The notes beneath the pieces are model-generated. The model saw nothing but the letters and a program-made list of their open reading frames with translations, made no database searches and was not told the DNA's origin. 64,000 nucleotides of DNA from Synechococcus sp. Its GTDB lineage: Bacteria > Cyanobacteriota > Cyanobacteriia > PCC-6307 > Cyanobiaceae. Of the stretch, positions 53,528 through 63,904 are shown in pieces. Where the stretch lies: positions 1,024,001-1,088,000 of the forward strand of contig JBJBDL010000003.1 of NCBI GenBank assembly GCA_047285305.1, given 5' to 3'. The position numbers and the translations under genes were made by a program. Numbering within the stretch: the stretch's first letter is position 1; every line of letters starts with the position of its first letter.

Positions 53528-54160
53528 CTATCGAGGTCGAGTGGCGGTGATGCGTTGCAGGGCGCGACCCGCCAGCAGCTCCTGTCTCACGCTGTTGAAC
53601 CCGAGTTGCTCCAGCTCAGTGGGGAGGTCGTCCTCCAGCATGGCGGTGGCGGTGTCTGTTTCAAACAGGGCACAAAACAGTTGTTGGGGAAGCTTCAGCC
53701 AAGGTCCGGCCGGATGCAGATCCACAAGCACCAACCAGCCGCCCGGTTCCAGCAGCCGCAGGGCACTGCGGAGCACCCGTTCCCGATCGCTTCTGGGGAA
53801 TTCGTGCAGGGCCACGCTCAGCTGGATGGCGCTGAAGCTGGCATCGGCCAGGGGCGGATCTTCGGCCAGCCCTTCCACCCGCTCCAGGCTGGGGTGGCGT
53901 TGGGCCGCCAAATCCAGGGCGCGGGGGGAGACATCGAGCCCCGTCACGGCGTAGCCCGCCGCTAGCCAAGGGGCTGCTGCTTCGCCACTGCCGCAGCAGA
54001 GATCCAGCACTGCCGCGCCGGGCTTGAGATGGGGCTGCACCGCCATGAGCCCGAGGCCCCGCAAGCGCTCCACCCCGCCAACACTCAGTGACGACACCGC
54101 CGTGACCGTGTCGTAAATCCAGCGGTAGCGGTAGGCCAGTGGCCTCAGAAATGAGGTCAT
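53528..54160 (-). CDS. Class I SAM-dependent methyltransferase
   Basis: VLDLCCGSG, GLDVS, ALHE, LEPGG. Confidence 0.92.
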   Translation of the reverse strand: MTSFLRPLAYRYRWIYDTVTAVSSLSVGGVERLRGLGLMAVQPHLKPGAAVLDLCCGSGEAAAPWLAAGYAVTGLDVSPRALDLAAQRHPSLERVEGLAEDPPLADASFSAIQLSVALHEFPRSDRERVLRSALRLLEPGGWLVLVDLHPAGPWLKLPQQLFCALFETDTATAMLEDDLPTELEQLGFNSVRQELLAGRALQRITATRPR

Positions 54161-54161
54161 C

Positions 54162-54184
54162 GTTTATCTGCAAAAAAGGTAAAC
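54162..54184. repeat. AT-rich imperfect inverted repeat (8-7-8)
   Basis: GTTTATCT-GCAAAAA-AGGTAAAC, one mismatch between arms. Confidence 0.7.
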
Positions 54185-54193
54185 AGGATCCCG

Positions 54194-55348
54194 TCAGGCC
54201 GGTTGCCGGGCCAGGGCTGCATCGACCGCCTGCTGCTGATCACGCCGGGTGATCCAGTGGTGATACGTGCGGGTGTGGATCGTCACCGAGTGGCCCATCA
54301 TTCTGGCGGCGACGGTGTCCGGCAGGCCGACATGAATGGTGCGCACCGCCCAGGCGTGGCGCAGGTCGTAGGGGGTAATCGGCAGGTCATAGCGGCGAAA
54401 CTGCTCACTCACTCGTCGTCCCACCTGCTGCAGGGTGGTGCTCCGCAGATCGGTCTGGATGGTTGGCAGAGCGGCCGGATTCTCCGCCAGCTCCTGCAAC
54501 CCGAAATGCTCGACCCAGTCAGGGTGAAACGGCCAGCTCTGGTGCTCACCGGTTTTGGTGGTGGGCAGCACCCGCAACACCTGATCTCCGCCCGGTGCCA
54601 GGGAGGAGCAATCGCAGAAGAACACCTCGTGGTTGCGCAGGCCGTAGGTGGCCATCAGGGCAAAGGCCAGTCGCCACTTTGGATTGGGGATGCGGCCTGC
54701 GGCCTCGAGGATCTGTGGATCGGTGGGCAGCTGGCGGAACCGGGCCCGGTGCAGGCCATAGCCGCCGGCCTCCTGGCGCCAGTCCTCCGGTAAGGGCAGC
54801 TCCAGGTGCCTGGCCAGGGCAGCCAGGGCTGTGGCGCATTGCTGCCGGCTGCGGCTGCCGTCCTCGTAACTGGTCAGCGTCTGCATCAGCAGCGCTGGCT
54901 CCAGCGGCTGATCACCGCACTGACGCGCCAGTCGCCTGAGATAGGGCAAGTAGGAACTGGTCCAGGTGGTGCGACTGCTCGCCGGGGAACGACGTCGGCG
55001 CGGGTCGGCAAAAAAGGCTGCTTCGAAGCCCTCGATGGCGGCCTGGATCCCGATCGAACGGCCTCTGGCCGTGGCTGCAGAGGTGGAGGCCGACCAGAGC
55101 GTCCAATCAAAACTGCGCTGCTCCAGTTGCAGTTGCACCAGGGCAGCGGTGCTGAGGGCCTGATTTAGTCCGGCTGCATCGGCCATCAGCCCCAGGCTGA
55201 TCCGTTGCAGGCCGTTGCGGCTCGGATCACTGCGCAACGGCAAAGACCCGCGCAGGTTCAGTCGCCGACCCCGCTGTTCGATGCGCAGGCGTGACCCCTG
55301 TGCCGCCAGCTGCGCATTGGCGGTCTCCAGCGCACTTTTGAGCTCCAT
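54194..55348 (-). CDS. Tyrosine recombinase (XisA/XisC-like site-specific integrase)
   Basis: TYGLRNHE (R), TTKTG (K), YDLRH (R), MMGH (H), HTRTYH (Y); N-terminal L.LRGSLP domain; likely ATG 55348. Confidence 0.9.
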   Translation of the reverse strand: MELKSALETANAQLAAQGSRLRIEQRGRRLNLRGSLPLRSDPSRNGLQRISLGLMADAAGLNQALSTAALVQLQLEQRSFDWTLWSASTSAATARGRSIGIQAAIEGFEAAFFADPRRRRSPASSRTTWTSSYLPYLRRLARQCGDQPLEPALLMQTLTSYEDGSRSRQQCATALAALARHLELPLPEDWRQEAGGYGLHRARFRQLPTDPQILEAAGRIPNPKWRLAFALMATYGLRNHEVFFCDCSSLAPGGDQVLRVLPTTKTGEHQSWPFHPDWVEHFGLQELAENPAALPTIQTDLRSTTLQQVGRRVSEQFRRYDLPITPYDLRHAWAVRTIHVGLPDTVAARMMGHSVTIHTRTYHHWITRRDQQQAVDAALARQPA

Positions 55349-55420
55349 AAATGTGTCGTCGGAACCAAGGATCGCGTCCGTGGCGGCTACGCTCAACCCC
55401 CGAAAACCGTTCTGATCGGT

Positions 55421-56596
55421 ATGTCTCGCGTCGGTGTCGTCCTGCTGAACTTGGGTGGCCCGGAGCGGATCCAGGACGTTGGCCCGTTTCTATACAACCT
55501 TTTCGCCGATCCGGAGATCATTCGGCTTCCTAGTCCGGCCCTGCAGAAGCCGCTGGCTTGGTTGATCAGCACCCTGCGCAGTGGTAAGTCGCAGGAGGCC
55601 TATCGCTCCATCGGTGGCGGATCACCGCTTCGGCGCATCACCGAGCAGCAGGCCCGTGAACTCCAGAGCCTGCTGCGTCAGCGCGGCATCGATGCCACCA
55701 GCTACGTGGCCATGCGCTACTGGCATCCGTTCACCGAATCCGCTGTGGCGGACATCAAGGCCGATGGTATGGATGAGGTGGTGGTGCTCCCCCTTTACCC
55801 CCATTTCTCGATCAGCACCAGTGGATCCAGTTTCCGTGAGCTGCAGCGCCTGCGTCAGGCAGATCCGGCTTTTGAGAAGTTGCCGATTCGCTGCATCCGC
55901 AGCTGGTTTGATCACCCGGGCTATGTGAAGGCCATGGCCGAGCTGATCGCGGCAGAGGTCCGCAACAGCGACGACCCCATGAAGGCCCACGTTTTTTTCA
56001 GTGCCCACGGAGTGCCGAAGAGCTACGTCGAAGAGGCGGGTGACCCTTATCAGAAGGAGATCGAAACCTGCACCGGTTTGATCATGAAGGAGTTAGCCGT
56101 TCAGATGGGCTACGAGAACCCCTTCACCCTGGCGTACCAAAGCCGTGTGGGTCCGGTGGAGTGGCTCAAGCCTTACACCGAAGAGGCCCTTGAGGAATTG
56201 GGTCAAGCCAAGACCAATGATCTGGTGGTGGTGCCGATCAGCTTCGTCAGTGAACACATCGAGACGCTTGAGGAAATCGACATCGAATACCGGGAGTTGG
56301 CCACTGAAGCCGGTGTGGTGAATTTCCGTCGGGTGCGCGCTCTCGACACCTACGCCCCCTTCATCGAGGGATTGGCGGATCTCGTGGCCACCAGCCTGCA
56401 GGGCCCTGAGGTGAGTCTCGATGCGGCGGCGGAGCTGCCCAACAAAGTGAAGCTCTATCCCCAGGAGAAGTGGGAATGGGGCTGGAACAACAGTTCCGAG
56501 GTCTGGAACGGCCGTCTGGCAATGGTTGGTTTTTCGGCCTTCTTGCTCGAGTTGATCAGTGGTCAAGGCCCGCTGCACGCCCTTGGCCTGCTCTGA
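55421..56596 (+). CDS. hemH: Ferrochelatase with C-terminal CAB domain
   Basis: [53 protein letters not shown] motif. Confidence 0.98.
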   Translation: MSRVGVVLLNLGGPERIQDVGPFLYNLFADPEIIRLPSPALQKPLAWLISTLRSGKSQEAYRSIGGGSPLRRITEQQARELQSLLRQRGIDATSYVAMRYWHPFTESAVADIKADGMDEVVVLPLYPHFSISTSGSSFRELQRLRQADPAFEKLPIRCIRSWFDHPGYVKAMAELIAAEVRNSDDPMKAHVFFSAHGVPKSYVEEAGDPYQKEIETCTGLIMKELAVQMGYENPFTLAYQSRVGPVEWLKPYTEEALEELGQAKTNDLVVVPISFVSEHIETLEEIDIEYRELATEAGVVNFRRVRALDTYAPFIEGLADLVATSLQGPEVSLDAAAELPNKVKLYPQEKWEWGWNNSSEVWNGRLAMVGFSAFLLELISGQGPLHALGLL

Positions 56597-56652
56597 CCAA
56601 GCCAGGGGAGCTGCGGGCCCCTAACCTTGGGGGTCATTGACCCGTCGCCTCT

Positions 56653-58440
56653 GTGACTCTCACCTCAGCGTCTTCGGCCGTCACTGGGCAGCAGGCCGGT
56701 CACGGTGGCCAAAGAATGTCTGGGGCGACAGCCCTTATGGATGCGTTGCGGCGCCATGGCGTCAACACGATTTTCGGCTACCCCGGCGGCGCGATTCTCC
56801 CGATCTACGACGCACTCCACATCGCCGAGAGTGAGGGCTGGGTGAAGCACATCCTGGTGCGGCATGAGCAGGCCGGCACCCACGCGGCCGATGCCTATGC
56901 GCGTGCCACCGGCAAGGTGGGCGTTTGCTTCGGCACGTCGGGGCCTGGTGCTACCAACTTGGTGACCGGCATCGCCACCGCCCAGATGGACTCGGTGCCC
57001 ATGGTGGTGATCACCGGTCAGGTGCCACGTCCGGCGATTGGCACAGATGCTTTCCAGGAGACCGACATCTTCGGCATAACCCTGCCGATCGTGAAACATT
57101 CCTGGGTTGTGCGAGATCCGGCTGATCTCGCCTCCATCGTTGCTCAGGCCTTCCTGATTGCAGCCAGTGGTCGTCCGGGCCCCGTGCTGATTGACATCCC
57201 GAAGGATGTTGGCCAGGAGATGTTCGATTACGTGCCGGTTGAGCCCGGATCGATTGTTCCCAAAGGCTTCCGCAAGCCACAGCCCCCCCGGGATGAACCT
57301 ATTCTTTTGGCGCTTGAGCTGATCGCCGAGGCGGAGCGTCCGCTGCTCTATGTGGGCGGTGGTGCGATCTCAGCCGGTGCTCACGACAGCCTGCGGGTGA
57401 TCTCTGAGCGCTATCAGATCCCTGTCACCACAACCTTGATGGGGAAGGGTGCCTTCGATGAAAACGACTCCCTCTCGGTGGGCATGCTCGGCATGCACGG
57501 CACGGCCTATGCCAACTTCGCCGTCACGGAATGCGATCTGCTGATCGCTGTTGGTGCCCGTTTTGACGATCGGGTGACCGGAAAGCTCGACACCTTCGCC
57601 CCCCGGGCCCGGGTGATCCACTTTGAGATTGATCCGGCCGAAATCGGCAAGACCCGCCGCCCCGATGTGGCGGTGCTGGGTGATCTGGGCCTGAGCGTGG
57701 CGCGCTTGGTGGAGCTGAGCCTGCAGCAGCAGGTGCAACCCCGCACGGCCCCTTGGTTGGCGCGCATCGCCGAGTGGAAACAGACCTATCCCCTCACCGT
57801 GCCTCCCGCCGAAGGCCCCCTCTTCCCTCAGGAGGTTCTGCTGGCCGTTCGCGAGCTGGCACCGAATGCCATCGTCACCACGGACGTTGGCCAGCACCAG
57901 ATGTGGGCGGCCCAGTACCTGCGCAATGGGCCCCGGGGCTGGATCAGCAGTGCCGGCCTTGGCACCATGGGTTTCGGCATGCCGGCCGCCATGGGCGCCC
58001 AGGTGGCTTGCCCCGATCGTCAGGTGGTGTGCATCGCGGGTGACGCCAGCATCCTGATGAACATTCAGGAGTTGGGAACCCTGGCGGCCTATGGCCTTCC
58101 GGTGAAGGTGGTGATCGTCAACAACCACTGGCAGGGCATGGTGCGTCAGTGGCAGGAGAGCTTCTACGAGGAGCGTTATTCCGCCTCCGACATGCTCAAT
58201 GGCATGCCGGACTTCGTGGCTCTTGCCCGCTCCTTTGGTGTGGATGGCGTGCACATTCGCGAGCGGGAGTCGTTGAAGCGTGATCTCGAGGCTGCGCTCA
58301 AGGCCCCCGGACCGATGTTGATCGACATCCACGTGCGTCGTGGTGAGAACTGCTATCCGATGGTTCCCCCGGGCAAAAGCAATGCTGAAATGGTGGGCCT
58401 TCCGGCTCCCATGCCGGTTCTCAACGCCCCGACCTCTTGA
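56653..58440 (+). CDS. ilvB: Acetolactate synthase large subunit
   Basis: FGYPGGA, RHEQ, TSGPGATN, DVGQHQMW, GLGTMG, GDAS...N ThDP motif. Confidence 0.97.
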   Translation: MTLTSASSAVTGQQAGHGGQRMSGATALMDALRRHGVNTIFGYPGGAILPIYDALHIAESEGWVKHILVRHEQAGTHAADAYARATGKVGVCFGTSGPGATNLVTGIATAQMDSVPMVVITGQVPRPAIGTDAFQETDIFGITLPIVKHSWVVRDPADLASIVAQAFLIAASGRPGPVLIDIPKDVGQEMFDYVPVEPGSIVPKGFRKPQPPRDEPILLALELIAEAERPLLYVGGGAISAGAHDSLRVISERYQIPVTTTLMGKGAFDENDSLSVGMLGMHGTAYANFAVTECDLLIAVGARFDDRVTGKLDTFAPRARVIHFEIDPAEIGKTRRPDVAVLGDLGLSVARLVELSLQQQVQPRTAPWLARIAEWKQTYPLTVPPAEGPLFPQEVLLAVRELAPNAIVTTDVGQHQMWAAQYLRNGPRGWISSAGLGTMGFGMPAAMGAQVACPDRQVVCIAGDASILMNIQELGTLAAYGLPVKVVIVNNHWQGMVRQWQESFYEERYSASDMLNGMPDFVALARSFGVDGVHIRERESLKRDLEAALKAPGPMLIDIHVRRGENCYPMVPPGKSNAEMVGLPAPMPVLNAPTS

Positions 58441-58784
58441 TTCGTCTTGTCTTAATCGGCGTTCTGCTGCTGCTTTCGGCCCTACCGGTGCAGGCCGCAG
58501 AGGTGCTTCAAGTGCGCAGCAGTTCACTGCTGCAGGTGGGAGATCACAACCGCACCTATACCGTTGCCCTGGCCTGTTCCTCCGTAGATGTAAGCCAAGA
58601 AGCCGAGGCCACCGCATGGCTGCGTCAGGAACTGCCGCGCCGTCGCAAGGTCAATCTGCGGCCGGTCGGCTCCAGCGAGGGGCAGCTGATGGCCAGGGTG
58701 ACTCCGATCGGCGCTGAGCGTGACCTCAGCACCGGCTTGATTGCAGCGGGTTTGGCTAGTAACAGCTGTGGAGTCGATGGCTGA
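58437..58784 (+). CDS. Exported thermonuclease-fold-like protein, catalytic motifs degenerate
   Basis: Signal peptide; V.LA, A..WL...L, G.L.A.V, LIAAGLA; no DGDT motif. Confidence 0.6.
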   Translation: MIRLVLIGVLLLLSALPVQAAEVLQVRSSSLLQVGDHNRTYTVALACSSVDVSQEAEATAWLRQELPRRRKVNLRPVGSSEGQLMARVTPIGAERDLSTGLIAAGLASNSCGVDG

Positions 58785-59001
58785 TAACCGCATTGCCCGG
58801 GGCATTGTTTTGGTGCCCTGTCTGCTGTTGGGGGGTGCCTTTCTGGCCACAGCGGCCTGGGGGCAGGGCGCCGCAGCTGAAAACCGTACCCTGGCCATCG
58901 GCATCGGTGCTGGATTGCTTTTGGCAGGTTGGCTGTCCCAGTTGGGTGGCGGCTCTGAGTCCTCTGTGACAAAACCAGACGAGTCCGACCCCTCTCCCTA
59001 A
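58777..59001 (+). CDS. Small two-TM protein (GIVxVP-motif family)
   Basis: MADNRIARGIVLVPCLLLGGAFL; ATG 58777 with GGAG upstream. Confidence 0.75.
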   Translation: MADNRIARGIVLVPCLLLGGAFLATAAWGQGAAAENRTLAIGIGAGLLLAGWLSQLGGGSESSVTKPDESDPSP

Positions 59002-59304
59002 TTTGAGGGCATCGGGTTGCTTCCCTACGGTTTCATGTCGAAGCCTGAGTGGCGACATTGGCTTTGGCTGTAGTGGTGTGTTGTTGCAGCCACGCTCATC
59101 GGTTGCCAGTTCATGCGATGGGTTGGTTGGACCCTGACCAGAGGGAGGCCGTTACGATTAGCCGGGCTTTTCAGCAGCGTCGCCGCGGGGAGCGTCTGCG
59201 TCTGAAAGCCGTGGCCAGTGATTCCCGCTTTTGTACTGGCCTCGCACAATCCGGCCAGGCCATGGCCGGTCTGATCGAATGAGGTCTGGGGACACGACCT
59301 CGAG

Positions 59305-60966
59305 ATGCTGCGCCTGAGTGAACTGAAGCTGCCCCTCGACCATGGGGATGAAGCGCTGCAGGAGGCGGTGCTCAAGCGTTTGAGGATCCCGGCGGATCGT
59401 CTTCTGAGTCAAACTCTGGTGAAGCGCAGTGTTGATGCGCGACGTCGCGACCGGATTCAGCTGATTTACAGCGTGGATGTGCAGGTGAAGGGTGAAGCCG
59501 CCCTGTTGCGTCGCATCGGCAACAAAGGCCGGGTGCGTCTGGCTCCAGACACCCGCTACCGGTCTGTGGGTCATGCCCCCGATGGCTACCCCTTGGATGC
59601 GGGCGATCGGCCTGTGGTGGTGGGGGCAGGCCCCTGCGGTTATTTCGCTGCTCTGCTGTTGGCGCAGATGGGCTTTCGCCCGCTGTTGCTGGAGCGGGGT
59701 CAGGCTGTGAAGCAACGCACCGCAGACACCTTCGGCTTCTGGCGGGGCACCAGCCCCTTCAACCCTGAATCCAATGCCCAATTCGGTGAGGGCGGAGCCG
59801 GCACCTTCTCCGACGGCAAGCTCTACAGCCAGGTGAGCGATCCCGAGCATTACGGCCGCAAGGTGCTGGAGGAGCTGGTGGCCTGTGGTGCCAGCGAGGA
59901 GATCCTCACTTTGCATCGTCCCCACATCGGCACGTTCAAGCTCGCCACGGTGGTGCGTGGCCTGCGGGCACGGATTGAAGCCCTGGGCGGTGAGGTGCGT
60001 TTCAACAGTCGCGTGACACGCCTTCAGCTCAGCGATAGCAGCGCTGAGAAGCCCCATCAACTCGATGGAGTGGTGCTGGCCGATGGAACGGAGATTCCCT
60101 GCCGCCATCTGGTGCTGGCTCCCGGTCATTCCGCGCGCGACTGCTTTGAAATGCTGGAGCAGATCGGTGTGCAGCTGCAGCGCAAGCCCTTTTCCGTGGG
60201 TGTGCGGATTGAGCATCCGCAGCATCTGATTGACGCAGCCCGCTGGGGGGAGGCGGCCGGTCATCCGCGACTCGGGGCGGCCGAGTACAAGCTGGTTCAC
60301 CATGCCGAGAACGGCCGCTGCGTCTACAGCTTTTGCATGTGTCCCGGAGGATTTGTGGTGGGAGCAACCTCGGAGGAAGGCCGGGTGGTGACCAATGGCA
60401 TGAGCCAGCACTCCCGCAAAGAGCGCAACGCCAACAGCGGTTTGGTCGTGGCTCTTGATGCTGATGACCTGGCACAGTTTGAACGTTTTCCCGGGGATCC
60501 GTTGGCTGGGATTGCCCTGCAACGGGAGCTGGAGGAGCGCGCCTTCAAGCTGGGGGGAAACAGTTATGCCGCACCGGCGCAGCGGTTGGAGGATTTCCTG
60601 GCTGCCCGTCCCTCCACCCGTCTGGGTGGCATCGTCGCGTCCTATCAGCCGGGTGTGCATCCCGCCGATCTGGATGACCTGCTCCCCTCTGCCATCGTTG
60701 AGGCCTTGCGGGAGGCGTTGCCCGCCTTTGCTCGCAAGCTGAAGGGGTATGACCACCCCGATGCTGTCCTCACCGGCGTCGAAACCCGCACGTCATCGCC
60801 TGTGCGGATTCCCAGGGATGAAGCGTTGGAATCGCTCAATGTGAAGGGGCTGGTGCCGGCGGGTGAAGGAGCGGGCTATGCCGGCGGCATCCTGTCGGCT
60901 GGAATCGATGGCATTCGGGCTGCTGAAGCCTTGGCCATCCAGATCCTGGGGACCAAGCCTTTTTAA
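59305..60966 (+). CDS. NAD(P)/FAD-dependent oxidoreductase
   Basis: VGAGPCG, FGEGGAGTFSDGKL, SFCMCPGG, GVETRTSSP, GEGAGYAGGI. Confidence 0.92.
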   Translation: MLRLSELKLPLDHGDEALQEAVLKRLRIPADRLLSQTLVKRSVDARRRDRIQLIYSVDVQVKGEAALLRRIGNKGRVRLAPDTRYRSVGHAPDGYPLDAGDRPVVVGAGPCGYFAALLLAQMGFRPLLLERGQAVKQRTADTFGFWRGTSPFNPESNAQFGEGGAGTFSDGKLYSQVSDPEHYGRKVLEELVACGASEEILTLHRPHIGTFKLATVVRGLRARIEALGGEVRFNSRVTRLQLSDSSAEKPHQLDGVVLADGTEIPCRHLVLAPGHSARDCFEMLEQIGVQLQRKPFSVGVRIEHPQHLIDAARWGEAAGHPRLGAAEYKLVHHAENGRCVYSFCMCPGGFVVGATSEEGRVVTNGMSQHSRKERNANSGLVVALDADDLAQFERFPGDPLAGIALQRELEERAFKLGGNSYAAPAQRLEDFLAARPSTRLGGIVASYQPGVHPADLDDLLPSAIVEALREALPAFARKLKGYDHPDAVLTGVETRTSSPVRIPRDEALESLNVKGLVPAGEGAGYAGGILSAGIDGIRAAEALAIQILGTKPF

Positions 60967-60969
60967 GTT

Positions 60970-61764
60970 TCAGTTGCAGACGGGGGCTTGCGCCACGATT
61001 CCGCTCCACTGGACGGCTTTCACTTGATCCCGTCGCCAGGAATGGAACAGCTCGGGTTCACTGACGGTGCACAGCGGGCAGTGGGCGATCTGTTCGCTGA
61101 GGATTCCTGCGCCCCGGAGCTGCACGCTTGCAGCGGTTCGAATGTCCAGGCGATGCCGCCCCGGTTGCTCATCCGGCAGCAGGGCCCCTGCATCGGATAA
61201 GGAAGCCTTGTTGGGGACCGCAGCGCTGACGGCCTCAACCACCTCGTCGCCCACCTGGTAGCAGTGGCCGCTGACGGCCGGGCCCAGGGCAACCACCAGA
61301 TCCTCCCGCCGGGCCCCCCGCTCCACCAACCGATCCAGGGCTGTGATCAGGATCCCAGCCGCCACCCCACGCCAACCGGCATGACAGGCCGCGGTATGTC
61401 CGGTGCCGGGATCGGCGATCAGAACCGGTGTGCAGTCGGCGCCGCACACCCAGAGGCTTTGGCCCCCGCGGTCGCTCACCAGGCAGTCGGCCTCAGGCCA
61501 TGGATCCTGACGGGCGTCGCTGGCGTTCAGAACGATTCCACTGTGGATCTGCTGGGGCCGGTGGACGCTGATGCCGGCGCTGACGTACCCCGCCAGTTCA
61601 TCAGGTCCACGCCCGTGCCAGAGCCGGGTGAAGAAGCCGTGCTCGAACCCCTTCGTATGCAGCAGATCGCTCTGGAGGTAATAGCCCCCGTAACAACCGA
61701 TCCAGGTCCAGCCCTTCAACGTGTTGAAGCGGCTGTCTGGTCGATCAAACGGCCCGTCTTTCAT
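60970..61764 (-). CDS. pgeF: YfiH/PgeF family protein
   Basis: QIHS, ADCTPVLI, HAGWRG, GP, CT, F.SWRR. Confidence 0.92.
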   Translation of the reverse strand: MKDGPFDRPDSRFNTLKGWTWIGCYGGYYLQSDLLHTKGFEHGFFTRLWHGRGPDELAGYVSAGISVHRPQQIHSGIVLNASDARQDPWPEADCLVSDRGGQSLWVCGADCTPVLIADPGTGHTAACHAGWRGVAAGILITALDRLVERGARREDLVVALGPAVSGHCYQVGDEVVEAVSAAVPNKASLSDAGALLPDEQPGRHRLDIRTAASVQLRGAGILSEQIAHCPLCTVSEPELFHSWRRDQVKAVQWSGIVAQAPVCN

Positions 61765-61775
61765 CAGCCCTGCAA

Positions 61776-62660
61776 TCAGGCCATGGGGATGTCCCGCAAC
61801 ATCCAGAAGCCGCCAAAGGTCTGTTCTTCAGGGCTGGACTGAATGGCGATGAATTGGAGGCCGCGCACCTGTTGCTGTGAGGTGGCCAGGGCTTTGGAGA
61901 TTTCAGCGGCGACGCCCGGCTCCAGGTCGCTCACCAGCCAGCGGTCGTCCTGACCAGCCTCCAGCACCAGCTGGCGGTCTTCAACGATCATCCGCACGGG
62001 TTCCAGACCCCCCAACCAGCCCGCCATGGCGAGGGAGCGGCTCTGGCTGAACAGGCGCAGACCCGGCACAGATGCCTCGGGGTCGATGCCATCGGGCACA
62101 GGCAGCAGCCCGCTGAAACTCATCGGCCATTCCGAAGCCTCCAGCAGCAGGCTCGCCGGCAGGGCGGCCCAGCTCCAGGCGTCTCCTTGAACTTCCTGCG
62201 GCAGGGGCACCGGAGGGGTGGGAACGGGCGCCGGCGGCGGTGCCAGTGGGCCAGCCATGAAGCCCTCCTCCTCGGGATACACCTCCCTTTCACGCTGTTG
62301 AAGCCAGTCGATCAGGGCGAAGGTGCGGCGACTGGGAATCACCTCGAGGTCTTGTTCGGCTGCGGCGCGCTGCACCATGGTGCGCATCGAACTGCGCCAG
62401 CAGCGCAAGCGCACTGGCGAACCCCAGCCCCCGCTGGCGGATGCCTGCTTGGCTTCAGCCAGGGCTTGGCTCAACCAAAGCGAGTTCACTTCACCAGAGG
62501 GGCACACCTTGGCGAAGCGAAATGGCTCTGCATCGCCAGTTGCGGTGGGGGTGGAGGTGATCAGCAGTTCCCAACGCTTGCGGCCATCGGCCTCAAGAAT
62601 TGGTCGGGAGTAGAAGTCGAGTTCCCAGTCTTCAGCGGCTGTCAGGGCAGCAGTGCTCAT
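61776..62660 (-). CDS. Tab2/Atab2 family RNA-binding protein
   Basis: WELDFYSRP, WELLI, VNS.WL, SRRT, QFIAIQ......F.GFW.L. Confidence 0.92.
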   Translation of the reverse strand: MSTAALTAAEDWELDFYSRPILEADGRKRWELLITSTPTATGDAEPFRFAKVCPSGEVNSLWLSQALAEAKQASASGGWGSPVRLRCWRSSMRTMVQRAAAEQDLEVIPSRRTFALIDWLQQREREVYPEEEGFMAGPLAPPPAPVPTPPVPLPQEVQGDAWSWAALPASLLLEASEWPMSFSGLLPVPDGIDPEASVPGLRLFSQSRSLAMAGWLGGLEPVRMIVEDRQLVLEAGQDDRWLVSDLEPGVAAEISKALATSQQQVRGLQFIAIQSSPEEQTFGGFWMLRDIPMA

Positions 62661-63904
62661 CCGGCCGATTGCTCCTTCTGTTTCAGGGTGTTCTGGGCGC
62701 GGCTGGCGCGATCGGCGGCTTCAGCCATCACTTTGTCTTTTTCGATCAGCAGCTCTCCAGGAGGCCCTTCCAGCAGGGCTGTGTTGAGGCCGATGCGTCC
62801 GCGGCCCGGGTCCAGTTCAGTGATCAGGGCCGACACGCGGTCGCCCTGGTCGAACACCTCACGGATCGAGCGCAGGCTGCCATTGGTGATGGCTGATTGG
62901 TGCAGCAGTCCGCTGATGCCACCAAGGTCGATGAACAGGCCGTAGGGCTTCACCGCAGCAACCTGGCCTTCCACCAATTGGCCCACTTCCAGATCTTGGA
63001 AGCGTTCGGCGACGGTGGCTCGTTTTTCGGACAGCACCAGCTTGCGCGTCTCCGAATTCACCTCGATGAAGGCCACGCCCAGGGTCTTGCCCACGAGTTC
63101 CTGGTGGTTTTCACCGTTTTGAAGTTGAGAGCGGGGAATGAAGCCGCGCAGCCCTTCGAGATCGCAGGTGACACCGCCGCGGTTGAAGCCATTGACGATG
63201 ACTTGAACCACTTTTCCCTGTTTTTCCAGTTCCTTCACCCGGTCCCAGCTCTTGCGCAGCTCAAGAGCGCGACAACTGATCGTGACCATGCCATCAGCGT
63301 TCTGCTCACGGGTCACCAGAACTTCAACCTCCAGGCCCTTGGGGAAGCGCTCCCGGAAGTTGGTCACAACGCCTAGGCCCGCCTCGCTCTTGGGCATGTA
63401 ACCGGGTGCTTTGCCGCCGATATCCACGTACACGCCATCGCTTTCGATGCCAATCACCGTGCCCTTGATCACCTCACCGGTGGTGCCGACCGGAGCGTTC
63501 TCGTCCAGGGCGGCGAGGAAAGCTTCCTCATCGAAATCGAAGTCATCCACACTGCGCGGCTGATTGCGCTGCTCCTTCTTGGGTTTTTGATCCGGTGCGC
63601 CCATCAGGTCGGCCATTGTCATGCCTTCCATCCCGCCCATGTCGAACAGAGCGTCGTCATCCGTTCCTGGAGACGAGGTGGGATCCTGCTGGACCGGTCG
63701 CGGCGGGGTGGTGAGACCCGCCCGTTCCTCAAGGATGCGTGCCTTTTCCTCCGCAGACTCTGCTGCTGCACGTGCTTCAGCCGCTTCACGAGCCAGCTTT
63801 TCCTGCTCGTTGCGGCGGTTGATCTGCATCACTTGCAGCGGTTTCGTCGCTGCCGGCTTGGGTGCCTTGGGGCGGTTGGGCTGCGGACTGCCGGCTGCGG
63901 GCAT
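62657..63904 (-). CDS. Ribosomal protein S1-like RNA-binding protein (three S1 domains, long N-terminal extension)
   Basis: YVDIGGK, LRGFIPRS, KPYGLFIDLGG.SGLLH; start could also be ATG 63931. Confidence 0.9.
   Translation of the reverse strand: MPAAGSPQPNRPKAPKPAATKPLQVMQINRRNEQEKLAREAAEARAAAESAEEKARILEERAGLTTPPRPVQQDPTSSPGTDDDALFDMGGMEGMTMADLMGAPDQKPKKEQRNQPRSVDDFDFDEEAFLAALDENAPVGTTGEVIKGTVIGIESDGVYVDIGGKAPGYMPKSEAGLGVVTNFRERFPKGLEVEVLVTREQNADGMVTISCRALELRKSWDRVKELEKQGKVVQVIVNGFNRGGVTCDLEGLRGFIPRSQLQNGENHQELVGKTLGVAFIEVNSETRKLVLSEKRATVAERFQDLEVGQLVEGQVAAVKPYGLFIDLGGISGLLHQSAITNGSLRSIREVFDQGDRVSALITELDPGRGRIGLNTALLEGPPGELLIEKDKVMAEAADRASRAQNTLKQKEQSAG

Noticed and set aside
54194..55396. 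Prophage or integrative element around the integrase
   Set aside because: Flanks are housekeeping genes; no att duplication, phage genes or composition shift seen.
57370..58617. 415-aa minus-strand ORF
   Set aside because: Antisense to ilvB; no recognisable domain.
59158..60756. 532-aa minus-strand ORF
   Set aside because: Antisense shadow of the FAD oxidoreductase with no motifs; such ORFs are common in GC-rich DNA.
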